IMG/VR virus record: IMGVR_UViG_3300021400_000123
Location: 1 to 48,469 of that record
Source: a virus
Direction: 5' to 3' (one strand)
Length of the DNA: 48,469 nt
The notes under the pieces are model-generated. The model did not search any database and was not told where the DNA came from. It saw only the letters and a list, made by a program, of their open reading frames with translations. The translations under genes and the position numbers were made by a program. Shown piece after piece: positions 26,851-34,228 of the stretch; within the stretch, counting starts at the first letter, position 1; the number at the start of each line of letters is the position of its first letter.

Positions 26851-26872
26851 TAGAACACACCTCCTCACTAAT

Positions 26873-27103
26873 TCAGGCAAATGGAACGCAGCACTCTGCG
26901 CACCCTCTCGGATCCATCATCATCGCCATCGCATCAGGGTAATGACGAAGGCGAGCCAATTCTTCATACAGAGCGTCCGCCTGCGCTTCGAGCGGAGCAT
27001 AGAAGCCTGCCGGAGCAAAGCCGCAACCCAACTCTTCATCAGCGGCGATAAAGCGGTAGATTTCGTCAACCTTTTTTATTATTTCCTTTTTCTGTCTCGT
27101 CAT
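26873..27103 (-). CDS. Hypothetical protein (cargo).
   Basis: GGAGGTG RBS. 76 aa. No motif recognised. Confidence 0.5.
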   Translation of the reverse strand: MTRQKKEIIKKVDEIYRFIAADEELGCGFAPAGFYAPLEAQADALYEELARLRHYPDAMAMMMDPRGCAECCVPFA

Positions 27104-27106
27104 AAT

Positions 27107-27394
27107 TTACACCTCCATTTTATACCCGGCATATTCAACCGTAGACTTGATAGCGTTCAGAGTTCTGGCACAGCCGAAGGAGTAAACCTTCTGCTTTTCA
27201 ACCCGGCCGTTCTTCAGGAAGGAAACGGAAACGGCATCCGAAGAGAGGAGATAAACCTCAACCCGATAGGTTTCGGTAGACTTTCCATACCAGGCAACCT
27301 CGACATCTTTCGACCATTCACGAGCAAGAGCATCATCGCCAGAAGCCTGAAAACCATATGCGCTTTTTAAGATTTCAAGAATTCGACTCATCAT
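27107..27394 (-). CDS. Hypothetical protein (cargo).
   Basis: AAGGAGG RBS 7 nt upstream. 95 aa. No motif recognised. Confidence 0.5.
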   Translation of the reverse strand: MMSRILEILKSAYGFQASGDDALAREWSKDVEVAWYGKSTETYRVEVYLLSSDAVSVSFLKNGRVEKQKVYSFGCARTLNAIKSTVEYAGYKMEV

Positions 27395-27406
27395 ACCAAG
27401 ACCTCC

Positions 27407-27652
27407 TTAATTGTAATCATGCAGCAGGATCGCCAGAGCCATCTGGGTAGCCTCGTCTTCCGGCTCGATATCCCAACCACGGTCATAATTCAGAGTAGTA
27501 ACACCGTTTGCCTTTATCGTCAGCTTTGAGATGCGGCCACCATCGATGCCGAACTCGCTGCCTTCTTCAAAGCACTTGCACCAGTAATGGCAGATCACCG
27601 TAGCCTTGTCTTTGCTAAAAGCGTTTATCCCGATCGTTCCTTCTTTCCACAT
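27407..27652 (-). CDS. Hypothetical protein (cargo).
   Basis: AGGAGG lies 8 nt upstream of the ATG at 27652; the ORF-track GTG start at 27661 overlaps the SD. 81 aa: MWKEGTIGINAF...GIDGGRISKL...YDRGWDIEP... Confidence 0.55.
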   Translation of the reverse strand: MWKEGTIGINAFSKDKATVICHYWCKCFEEGSEFGIDGGRISKLTIKANGVTTLNYDRGWDIEPEDEATQMALAILLHDYN

Positions 27653-27821
27653 ATTCAGCACCTCCTGCGTTTTGCTTTCCTTTTGGATTGTCTGTATGTT
27701 AACTCTGCCGGAGACTTATAGCAAGTTATACTTGCGGAGTAATATGCACAAAGATATCCGCCTTTCATTGTTCACTTTTTCATTATGAGGGGCGAACCCC
27801 CACATTATAAAAAAGCGAAGA

Positions 27822-29387
27822 TTAGAGCCTCAAAAAAAGAGTCTGACCATCCCAGGTACACTCCTGCACCACTTCCCGGACAATGGCATTCTTCTCATCT
27901 GCAGACAGACCAGACAGAGACCGCATCATCCGTCCGATTTCCTCAGAACGCTCTGCAGAAGACCGGGCAGATGCCGCAGACCTTCTGGCTTCAGTTTTCG
28001 CAATCTCAATCTCACGGTTTATAGCAGCAAGAGACAGATCCTCCGCCTCAATCTGGGCGATGATATACTTCGATGCGGCAGATCCATCCGCAAGGCTCTC
28101 GGTCAGCCTGCCGATACGAGTGCGGATAGCCGAAGCCTTCCGTTCCAGATCCCGAAGAGCAGAGCCATCATCAGAAGGAGACTCCGCCTCGGCATATTTG
28201 CGGATCACAGAAGGGTCCGCTTCGATTTCAGAGAAGACAGCAAGGACACGGTCATCGAGTTTCGAGCATTTAATCATGGACATATCGCAAGCCTCTGCAC
28301 CCTGCCTCATTCTTTTCAGACAGTAATAGGATGACAGGATCCTGCCGTGCGCTAACTTCTTTCGAGACACCTGCATCAAGCCTCCACACTTCGCACAGCG
28401 GAGCGTACCCTTCAGGAGAGGGATATCATACTTCTGTTTTTTCTCGAAGGTGTTCTGCCGAAAACGAGCCTGAACCGCAAGCCACACATCCACAGGAACA
28501 AACGGCTCATGAATGCCTTCAGTGACCACCCAGGCATCATGAGGCTGAACCTGATGCTTTTTATTTTTCTCGGTGGAGCGGCCATAGATCATCACTCCGC
28601 ACTTCCCATCCCACGACTCACGCTCATCTGCCATCTGACAGCCAAGGCCAGAGTAGAAGTCCCAGACTTCAGGAGTAGCAGGAACGCAGTACGGCATCGT
28701 CAGGATCTTATGCAGCTGCGTGGTGGAGAAGAATGCGCCATTGACAGTCCGCCTGCCCTGACGCTTGAATTCGGTCTCCATGCCCTGAAGAGAATATCCG
28801 CCATCGAGGAACTCCTTATAAATACCAAGGACATACTCGGCAGCCTCAGGAACAGGAACGATGGTGCAGTGCTTCTTCCCATTCACCTGGATATGCTCAC
28901 GGCGATACCCGTAGGGAGGATTACCACCAGTCCAGAGTCCCTTCTTTGCCAGACCGATCATGTTATCGGTAACACGAGCGGCAATAGTCTCCCTTTCCAT
29001 CTGGGCGAAGACCATCGTGACATACATCATCGCCCTGCCGATTGGAGTGGCAGTATCAATATTTTCTTTGATGGAAATAAACATGACACCCTTCTCTTCG
29101 AGAGAAGCGTAGATATTAGCGAAGTCCTTCACATCACGAGAGATACGGTCAAGCTGATAGACCACCAGAGCATCCACAAGGCCGTCCGCAATATCAGACA
29201 AGAGCCTCTGCAGACCGGGGCGGTTCGTATTGGCACCAGTAAAGCCTTCGTCCTGGTAGCACTCGAAGGACTCCACAGAGCCGGAGAACTTCAGATCCAC
29301 ATACTCCCGGCACATCCTCTGCTGATTATCCACAGAATCAGACTTGTCAGAATAAACGGACTTTCGTCCATAAGTCGCAAAATGCAT
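27822..29387 (-). CDS. int: Large serine recombinase (integrase).
   Basis: AAGGTGG RBS before the ATG at 29387. It has an N-terminal resolvase-type catalytic domain (ATYGRKSVYSDKSDSVDNQ...VVYQLDRISRD), a recombinase domain, a zinc-ribbon CxxC...C region and a C-terminal coiled coil. Confidence 0.9.
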   Translation of the reverse strand: MHFATYGRKSVYSDKSDSVDNQQRMCREYVDLKFSGSVESFECYQDEGFTGANTNRPGLQRLLSDIADGLVDALVVYQLDRISRDVKDFANIYASLEEKGVMFISIKENIDTATPIGRAMMYVTMVFAQMERETIAARVTDNMIGLAKKGLWTGGNPPYGYRREHIQVNGKKHCTIVPVPEAAEYVLGIYKEFLDGGYSLQGMETEFKRQGRRTVNGAFFSTTQLHKILTMPYCVPATPEVWDFYSGLGCQMADERESWDGKCGVMIYGRSTEKNKKHQVQPHDAWVVTEGIHEPFVPVDVWLAVQARFRQNTFEKKQKYDIPLLKGTLRCAKCGGLMQVSRKKLAHGRILSSYYCLKRMRQGAEACDMSMIKCSKLDDRVLAVFSEIEADPSVIRKYAEAESPSDDGSALRDLERKASAIRTRIGRLTESLADGSAASKYIIAQIEAEDLSLAAINREIEIAKTEARRSAASARSSAERSEEIGRMMRSLSGLSADEKNAIVREVVQECTWDGQTLFLRL

Positions 29388-29414
29388 AGAAAAACCACCT
29401 TTCTGTTGTGGAAA

Positions 29415-29463
29415 GAACCGAAAGATGGTAGAATTCAAATAGGGTTGTGATTTCTTTCGGTTC
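29415..29463. repeat. Perfect 11-bp inverted repeat with a 27-bp spacer, upstream of int. Candidate attP or int regulatory site.
   Basis: GAACCGAAAGA (29415-29425) and TCTTTCGGTTC (29453-29463), read directly. The element spans 49 bp and lies 28-76 nt upstream of the int start. Confidence 0.35.
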
Positions 29464-29482
29464 ATCCGACAAAGGAATCCGA

Positions 29483-29524
29483 AGCCGTCACCTTTTCCTT
29501 GGAAGGGTGGCGGCTTTTTTGTTT
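29483..29524 (+). terminator. Hairpin plus T-run; terminator-like on the + strand, i.e. antisense to the lysogeny genes.
   Basis: AGCCGTCACC-ttttccttggaag-GGTGGCGGCT (one G.U pair) followed by TTTTTTGTTT. Confidence 0.4.
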
Positions 29525-29789
29525 ACTCATTAACACCCAGACCAGGGTCACCATTATAAAAGGGCAAATAAGTCCTTTCACATTTCTTACAAAGGCGGTA
29601 GCCTTTCTGCTCCGCTTCTTTCCGGGCAACCCGAACGCATTCATCTATACCATTCCCAGAAAAGCACCCGTGGCTCAAATGATACACAGATCGACCAGGA
29701 ATCAGGAGGACATCCTCCTCTGATTTTTTGCGAAGCCGTTCAACCTCAGGATCAGGACGGCTACCAAAGAGAAAACTCAAAAGACCCAT
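29523..29789 (-). CDS. Hypothetical small protein with an H/C-rich (HxxxxC...CxxC) motif, between the repressor and integrase genes.
   Basis: GGAGGTG RBS 7 nt upstream of the ATG at 29789. 88 aa: MGLLSFLFG...YHLSHGC...GYRLCKKC. Confidence 0.55.
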   Translation of the reverse strand: MGLLSFLFGSRPDPEVERLRKKSEEDVLLIPGRSVYHLSHGCFSGNGIDECVRVARKEAEQKGYRLCKKCERTYLPFYNGDPGLGVNE

Positions 29790-29853
29790 ACAATCACCTC
29801 CAGTCAAATAAAGAGCCGCCAGTTCGGCTCTATCAAAAAGAATTCTATCGGAA

Positions 29854-30339
29854 TCACTCGCCCTCCGCTTTTTTCCTTTCAGTCAAATAACGCTCATAAG
29901 CGTCCAGTTTTTCCTCATCCGTAGCGGTGGAAGGATCCAGAACACGATCAGGAGCAACCGGGGCAGCAGGAGCTGAAGCCTCGGAGTAATCCGAGAAGAC
30001 ACTGAGGATGAAATCATCCAGAACTTCTCGCTGATCAGAAGAGAGAGCCATCCACTTATTCAGGATAATGCGGTCAAGTTCCGAGAGGTCGTACTTTCTG
30101 ACCAGAGAATCAATCTCGGTATTTTCAGAAGACAGCATAGGGATACCGTCACCATTCCTGATCCAGTCCTCACGGACAGCGAATTCACGGCAAATGGCTT
30201 TGATGATCTGCTCTGATACATTCCGCCTGCCGCTTTCTATATTGGAAATGGCTGACCGGGTAACACCAACACGCTCCCCGAACTCTTCCATCGTAAGTCC
30301 CAGAATTTCACTTCTCAATTTTTTAATCCGTTCATTCAT
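29854..30339 (-). CDS. CI-like repressor with an XRE-family HTH.
   Basis: N terminus IKKLRSEILGLTMEEFGERVGVTRSAISNIESGRRNVS is a classic XRE HTH. The gene is divergent from the early operon. Confidence 0.85.
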   Translation of the reverse strand: MNERIKKLRSEILGLTMEEFGERVGVTRSAISNIESGRRNVSEQIIKAICREFAVREDWIRNGDGIPMLSSENTEIDSLVRKYDLSELDRIILNKWMALSSDQREVLDDFILSVFSDYSEASAPAAPVAPDRVLDPSTATDEEKLDAYERYLTERKKAEGE

Positions 30340-30371
30340 AAAGCGTTTTCTCCTTTCTCGAATTTACAACA

Positions 30372-30400
30372 ATTCTACCATAAGAAAACATAGCGGTCAA
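30372..30400 (-). promoter_or_regulatory. Leftward sigma-70-type promoter for the repressor operon.
   Basis: On the minus strand: TTGACC, a 17-nt spacer, then TAGAAT preceded by TGg (an extended -10). Confidence 0.5.
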
Positions 30401-30407
30401 TCAAAAT

Positions 30408-30422
30408 GTTTTCATAGAAAAC
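30408..30422. promoter_or_regulatory. Operator O1, a perfect palindrome GTTTTCATAGAAAAC.
   Basis: Read directly. It lies between the divergent promoters. An 18-nt block TTTCATAGAAAACAAAAA is repeated at 30464-30481. Confidence 0.55.
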
Positions 30423-30431
30423 AAAAAACGC

Positions 30432-30460
30432 TTGACAAAGGTTTCTCTGCAAACTAAAAT
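30432..30460 (+). promoter_or_regulatory. Rightward early promoter.
   Basis: TTGACA (30432-30437), a 17-nt spacer, then TAAAAT (30455-30460). Confidence 0.55.
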
Positions 30461-30461
30461 A

Positions 30462-30476
30462 GGTTTCATAGAAAAC
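30462..30476. promoter_or_regulatory. Operator O2, GGTTTCATAGAAAAC (one mismatch from O1).
   Basis: It starts 2 nt after the -10 of the rightward promoter. Confidence 0.5.
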
Positions 30477-30495
30477 AAAAAGGAGGTACGCAGAA

Positions 30496-30669
30496 ATGAA
30501 CGAGACAATCACCAAAAGTCAGAGCCTAAAGACAAGCGACATGGCACTACTCCTGAAATCAATGAAGACGGAGACCAAAAACAATCTCCTTTTCTTGATG
30601 ACAGGCATGGAACTGCAGGCGGCGATGGAAAAAGACAACCAGAAGCAGGCTGCAGAACAGAAGGCATAA
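30496..30669 (+). CDS. Small first gene of the early operon (57 aa, below the ORF-track cutoff). Function unknown.
   Basis: AGGAGG lies 9 nt upstream of the ATG at 30496. Sequence MNETITKSQSLKTSDMALLLKSMKTETKNNLLFLMTGMELQAAMEKDNQKQAAEQKA. Confidence 0.45.
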   Translation: MNETITKSQSLKTSDMALLLKSMKTETKNNLLFLMTGMELQAAMEKDNQKQAAEQKA

Positions 30670-31097
30670 AAAACTGAATACAGAGGGTCAGGGAGCAGCG
30701 ACTGACCGAAAACAACGCAGGTCTGGCGGAGCCGATGCAATAAGTCCGCTCGGTGCAAGTACCGTCCCTGTTCGGGAAAGTGCCGTCAGAGGGGTGGAGA
30801 TCGCAGACCCTCGTAAAACAAAAGCGGATCGGAGGCAATAAAGCGCAGGGTGTGAGACACCGAAAGAGCCGGGACCTGCGGCGGCATCACCCAGATCGGT
30901 GGAGGCAACAGCCTCACTCAACAGGGCAGGGCATGAGGGCAACCCAAGAATACTCAAGGGGCAAGAGACCTGAAAGAGTTCTTCTTCACAGCATGGAGAA
31001 CTCTCTCAAAACTTCGGGACCCAGAAGCCTAAGAGGCAAGTAGAAGAACCTGAAAGCCTAAAGGTTCTGGAAATCCAAGAGAGGGAGAAGAGCAAGA
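30670..31097 (+). other. ORF-free GC-rich early leader of 428 nt, with many hairpins and short direct repeats. Candidate structured RNA.
   Basis: No RBS-preceded ORF is present. Hairpins include 30686-30707, 30849-30861, 30902-30915, 30975-31004 and 31045-31068, and there are five GAAA-containing loops or junctions. Confidence 0.35.
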
Positions 31098-31250
31098 ATG
31101 AAGCAGCCAAAGAAACCAACCTATGAACAGAAGAAGCTGATCAGTAAGGAAGGACTGAACTGGAAGGACTGGATGATCAAGGATGAGGATAACATCTCCA
31201 TCGCACTGATCCATAAGGAGACGAAGGAGATCAAGGTTATATGGAAGTAG
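31098..31250 (+). CDS. Small conserved phage/ICE protein (DUF6906-like), 50 aa; below the ORF-track cutoff.
   Basis: MKQPKKPTYEQKKLISKEGLNWKDWMIKDEDNISIALIHKETKEIKVIWK, recognised from memory as the K-x-P-T-x-x-Q-K-x-L-I...W small-protein family. GAGGGAG RBS. Confidence 0.55.
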   Translation: MKQPKKPTYEQKKLISKEGLNWKDWMIKDEDNISIALIHKETKEIKVIWK

Positions 31251-31294
31251 GTGAGAACGGATGAACGAAATCAAAGTGGAGGTGATGTTCACAG

Positions 31295-32212
31295 ATGGAT
31301 ACCAGAAGCGATACACGGAGGCAGTGGCGAAAGCGTACCAGAAGAAAAGCCGTAAAACGGTGGTGGAGAGCGCAAAAGAGTACAGTGCTGACTGTGATCC
31401 TCGTAGCCTTCGGGGCGATGCTCTTCATGCTCCTGCCAACGCAAGGACAGGACAAAGAAGAGCCGCTCATGCAGGAGGCAAGATACTACATAACGGATGA
31501 TTACTACTACACCAATTATGCGGACTACCAAGAAGCCATGAGGCAGAGGGATGCGTACTACCAGGAGCAGATGGAAGAGTCGGCCAGAGAAGTAGAAGCG
31601 ATGGAAAGAGCCAGAGCAGAGTTCGAAGAGGCAGAGCAAAGAAGGGCAGAAACAGAACTGAAATTCTCACGAGCATACTACCGATACCCGGAGCCGTTCA
31701 ACTCTCCACCGATCATCTGGTACGAAGAAGACCTCGAAGGCTTTCAGGAATATGAGATACCAGAGGAATACACCAAGGGCGGCGGATACTTCCCAGACAT
31801 CATCCAAGAGTATACCTGGGTGCTTTGCAAAGAAAAAGGAATCGACTTCGATAAGGCGGTGGCTCTGATCGAGCAGGAGACCGGGTATGTCTACGATGCA
31901 ATAGGAGAAGCCGAAGATAGCGGATACTGCCAGATAGTGAGGAAATACAACGAAGACCTCATCGAAAGACTGGGAGTGACAGACCTGAAGAATCCATACC
32001 AGAACATCCTCGTAGGACTGACCTTATTAGACTGGCTTCTGGATGAATACGATGGCAGCTACGAAAAAGCACTCACAGCCTACAATGCAGGAACGGACGG
32101 AGCATATAGAAACTACTTCTCCGCAGGAGTATATGCCAGTCCATACGCAAAGAGCGTCCTCGACAGGGCGGAGCGGATCAGGAAGGAGATGCAGGATGCA
32201 GCAGAAGATTGA
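31295..32212 (+). CDS. Membrane-anchored lytic transglycosylase (SLT domain). The 5' end is probably mis-framed; see findings.
   Basis: TM segment VLTVILVAFGAMLFMLLP. SLT-like catalytic region ...ALIEQETGYVYDAIGEAEDSGYCQIV...ALTAYNAGTDGA. Confidence 0.72.
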   Translation: MDTRSDTRRQWRKRTRRKAVKRWWRAQKSTVLTVILVAFGAMLFMLLPTQGQDKEEPLMQEARYYITDDYYYTNYADYQEAMRQRDAYYQEQMEESAREVEAMERARAEFEEAEQRRAETELKFSRAYYRYPEPFNSPPIIWYEEDLEGFQEYEIPEEYTKGGGYFPDIIQEYTWVLCKEKGIDFDKAVALIEQETGYVYDAIGEAEDSGYCQIVRKYNEDLIERLGVTDLKNPYQNILVGLTLLDWLLDEYDGSYEKALTAYNAGTDGAYRNYFSAGVYASPYAKSVLDRAERIRKEMQDAAED

Positions 32213-32561
32213 TGATGGCTTTATTTATGTCAAAGCCTCGAAAGAGGAAGAGGCGGTCATAAAGACATGGCGAATGATGAAGAAGGATAAGGAAAAAGGG
32301 TACTGGTACGGAGCAATATCGAGGCCGCTTCTGGAGAACCTGAAAAGGAACGGCGGACTGATACCTCCGGCAAAGAAAATCCTCGATGATATGTTGACCG
32401 TTCAGGCGGCGGTGGATGCGGAGAGGATCAAGCCGGACAAGAGCGTATCGCCAAGATATAAGTACCCGATAAAAGCGAAGCTATTCACGCACCAGGTCAG
32501 AGCAGCGAACATGGCTCTGATGGTCTTCGGGGTAGTTCCGCCAGAAGGAAGGACAGGATGA
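32196..32561 (+). CDS. 121-aa protein whose C terminus resembles the Q-motif N-terminal segment of an SNF2/DEAD-like helicase.
   Basis: GGAAGGAG RBS 7 nt upstream. The C terminus ...YPIKAKLFTHQVRAANMAL... resembles the L-x-x-(H/Y)-Q-x-x-A segment that normally precedes Walker A. Confidence 0.55.
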   Translation: MQQKIDDGFIYVKASKEEEAVIKTWRMMKKDKEKGYWYGAISRPLLENLKRNGGLIPPAKKILDDMLTVQAAVDAERIKPDKSVSPRYKYPIKAKLFTHQVRAANMALMVFGVVPPEGRTG

Positions 32562-32899
32562 TGGATTACAAAGCAATAATCGGACAGCTTCAGAGCCTGA
32601 AGGAACACTGCCAGGACTGGGCGGATAAGGAAGAGGAAGGCAACATCTGGAATCAGGATGTGCAGGCTCTCGATGAAGCAATGGATATCATATACGACTA
32701 CGGCGGAGCTGCAGAGCAGGCAAAGAAGCTGATACAGAAATACGAAACGGTCAAGGATGCCATCGAAAGAGGCATGGGAACATGGCAATGCCCGAACTGC
32801 CAGAAGTTTATATCCTTCGGGAATGAACACTGCCACTGGTGCGGACAGAGGCTCGGATGGGAGCCGAAGATAAGACCGAAAGCAAGGAGGAAAAGGTAA
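32558..32899 (+). CDS. Zinc-ribbon protein.
   Basis: ATGATG coupling to the upstream stop. CPNC...HCHWC motif. Basic C-terminal tail. Confidence 0.6.
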   Translation: MMDYKAIIGQLQSLKEHCQDWADKEEEGNIWNQDVQALDEAMDIIYDYGGAAEQAKKLIQKYETVKDAIERGMGTWQCPNCQKFISFGNEHCHWCGQRLGWEPKIRPKARRKR

Positions 32900-34228
32900 A
32901 TGCAGGAAGAACCACTGAAGGATAGAGACTGCACGATAGATACCCCGGTCACACTGGGAAAACAGGATGATCCGATCTATGGCAAAGGCATCAGGATCCG
33001 TCCGAGGATAGATGGCAGGAAGGACACAAAGCACTTCGAGAGCATCTACCTGCAGGAGCTTCTGCCATTAGAAGAATATGACCTGATCGTGGTTCTCTTT
33101 TCAGGAGGCAAAGACTCAACGGCCTGCTACCTCAAACTGATAGAACTCGGAGTGCCAAAGGAGAAAATCGAACTCTGGCACCATGACATAGACGGCGGAC
33201 ATCCGACCAGAAGAATGGACTGGCGATGCACACAAAACTATGTGAAAGCAGTCGCAGAAGCAGAAGGAGTCACGCTTCGGGTCTCGTACAGAGTGAATGG
33301 CTTCTTCGGGGAATTGTATCGGATCGGAGCATCGGAGCCTATCGAATGGATAGATCCAGACACCGGGGAAGTGAAGCAGTGCAAACTTTCACCGAACTAC
33401 CTCAAATGCAAGGAACTAAAGGAGCAGGCAACAGAAGAGATGGAAGAACTCCTGAAGGAGTATGGATGCCGCCTAAAGTTTCCGGCGAAGACAGGAGACC
33501 TCTCCAGAAGATGGTGCAGCGCATACCTGAAGATAGATGTGATGGGATCCGTGATCAGCAACCTCGACAGACTCAAAGAATTGGAAACCCTCGGCGGCAA
33601 GCGTCACAAATTCCCGGCAAAGGGAGGAACGCACCAGGGGAGATGGTGCAGCGGAAACCTCAAAGCGGCAGTTCAGGACAGTGTGACGGCGAACCTGCAG
33701 GAGACAAGGAAGGACAAGAAGATCCTGATCGTTTCTGGGGAGCGAAGAGGAGAATCTGCAGGCAGAGCAAAGTACAACGAAATCGAGATAGGAAGGCAAA
33801 ACGCAGAGGCGAAGGCTCACAGGACGGTGCATCAGTGGAGATGCTGCATAGATTACACGGAAAAGGATGTCTGGGAACTCTTAAAGAGGCACCATATCAA
33901 TCCGCACCCATGCTACAGAGTCGGGTGGAACCGATGCAGCTGCGCAATGTGCATCTTCAGCACACCAAGATTATACGCAGGCTTCAATGAACTCTTCCCG
34001 GAAGACTTCAAAGAACTCCACAACGATGAGGTAAGGCTTGGATTTACGCTCGACAACAAAAAGAACCTCTATGAGTTCATCGAAGGAGCTGAAAGCTGCG
34101 TGAACAGGAATGACCAGAAAGCACTCCACAGCATTCAAACCGGGGAATTTACCACTGAGGATGTCTACATAGAGGACTGGAAGTATCCTGCCGGAGCATT
34201 CCACGGAGCAGACGGAGGATCCTGCTGA
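32900..34228 (+). CDS. PAPS-reductase-like PP-loop ATP pyrophosphatase family protein.
   Basis: PP-loop motif LFSGGKDS, SGERRGES, and conserved RWCS...LK and ...GWNRCSCAMC motifs. AGGAGG RBS. Confidence 0.82.
   Translation: MQEEPLKDRDCTIDTPVTLGKQDDPIYGKGIRIRPRIDGRKDTKHFESIYLQELLPLEEYDLIVVLFSGGKDSTACYLKLIELGVPKEKIELWHHDIDGGHPTRRMDWRCTQNYVKAVAEAEGVTLRVSYRVNGFFGELYRIGASEPIEWIDPDTGEVKQCKLSPNYLKCKELKEQATEEMEELLKEYGCRLKFPAKTGDLSRRWCSAYLKIDVMGSVISNLDRLKELETLGGKRHKFPAKGGTHQGRWCSGNLKAAVQDSVTANLQETRKDKKILIVSGERRGESAGRAKYNEIEIGRQNAEAKAHRTVHQWRCCIDYTEKDVWELLKRHHINPHPCYRVGWNRCSCAMCIFSTPRLYAGFNELFPEDFKELHNDEVRLGFTLDNKKNLYEFIEGAESCVNRNDQKALHSIQTGEFTTEDVYIEDWKYPAGAFHGADGGSC

Noticed and set aside
27775-27815. 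GGGG-cgaa-CCCC hairpin downstream of int, considered as a terminator or attP.
   Set aside because: The stem is only 4-5 bp. There is no U-tract on the int-sense strand and the flanking symmetry is poor. The 49-bp element upstream of int is the better attP candidate.
29326-29334. A third perfect TTATCCACA DnaA-box 9-mer.
   Set aside because: It lies inside the integrase coding sequence, has no partner box and is compatible with chance occurrence.
30753-31043. 96-aa + strand ORF inside the early leader.
   Set aside because: It has a GTG start, no Shine-Dalgarno sequence and an Arg/Lys/Gly-rich low-complexity product. Every credible gene in this genome has a strong GGAGG-type RBS.
30670-31097. 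Attempted match of the early leader to known riboswitch/ncRNA classes (c-di-GMP, cobalamin, TPP, group II intron domain V).
   Set aside because: The diagnostic conserved cores, such as the B12 box or a domain V AGC-bulge hairpin, could not be found by eye. The region remains an unclassified candidate.
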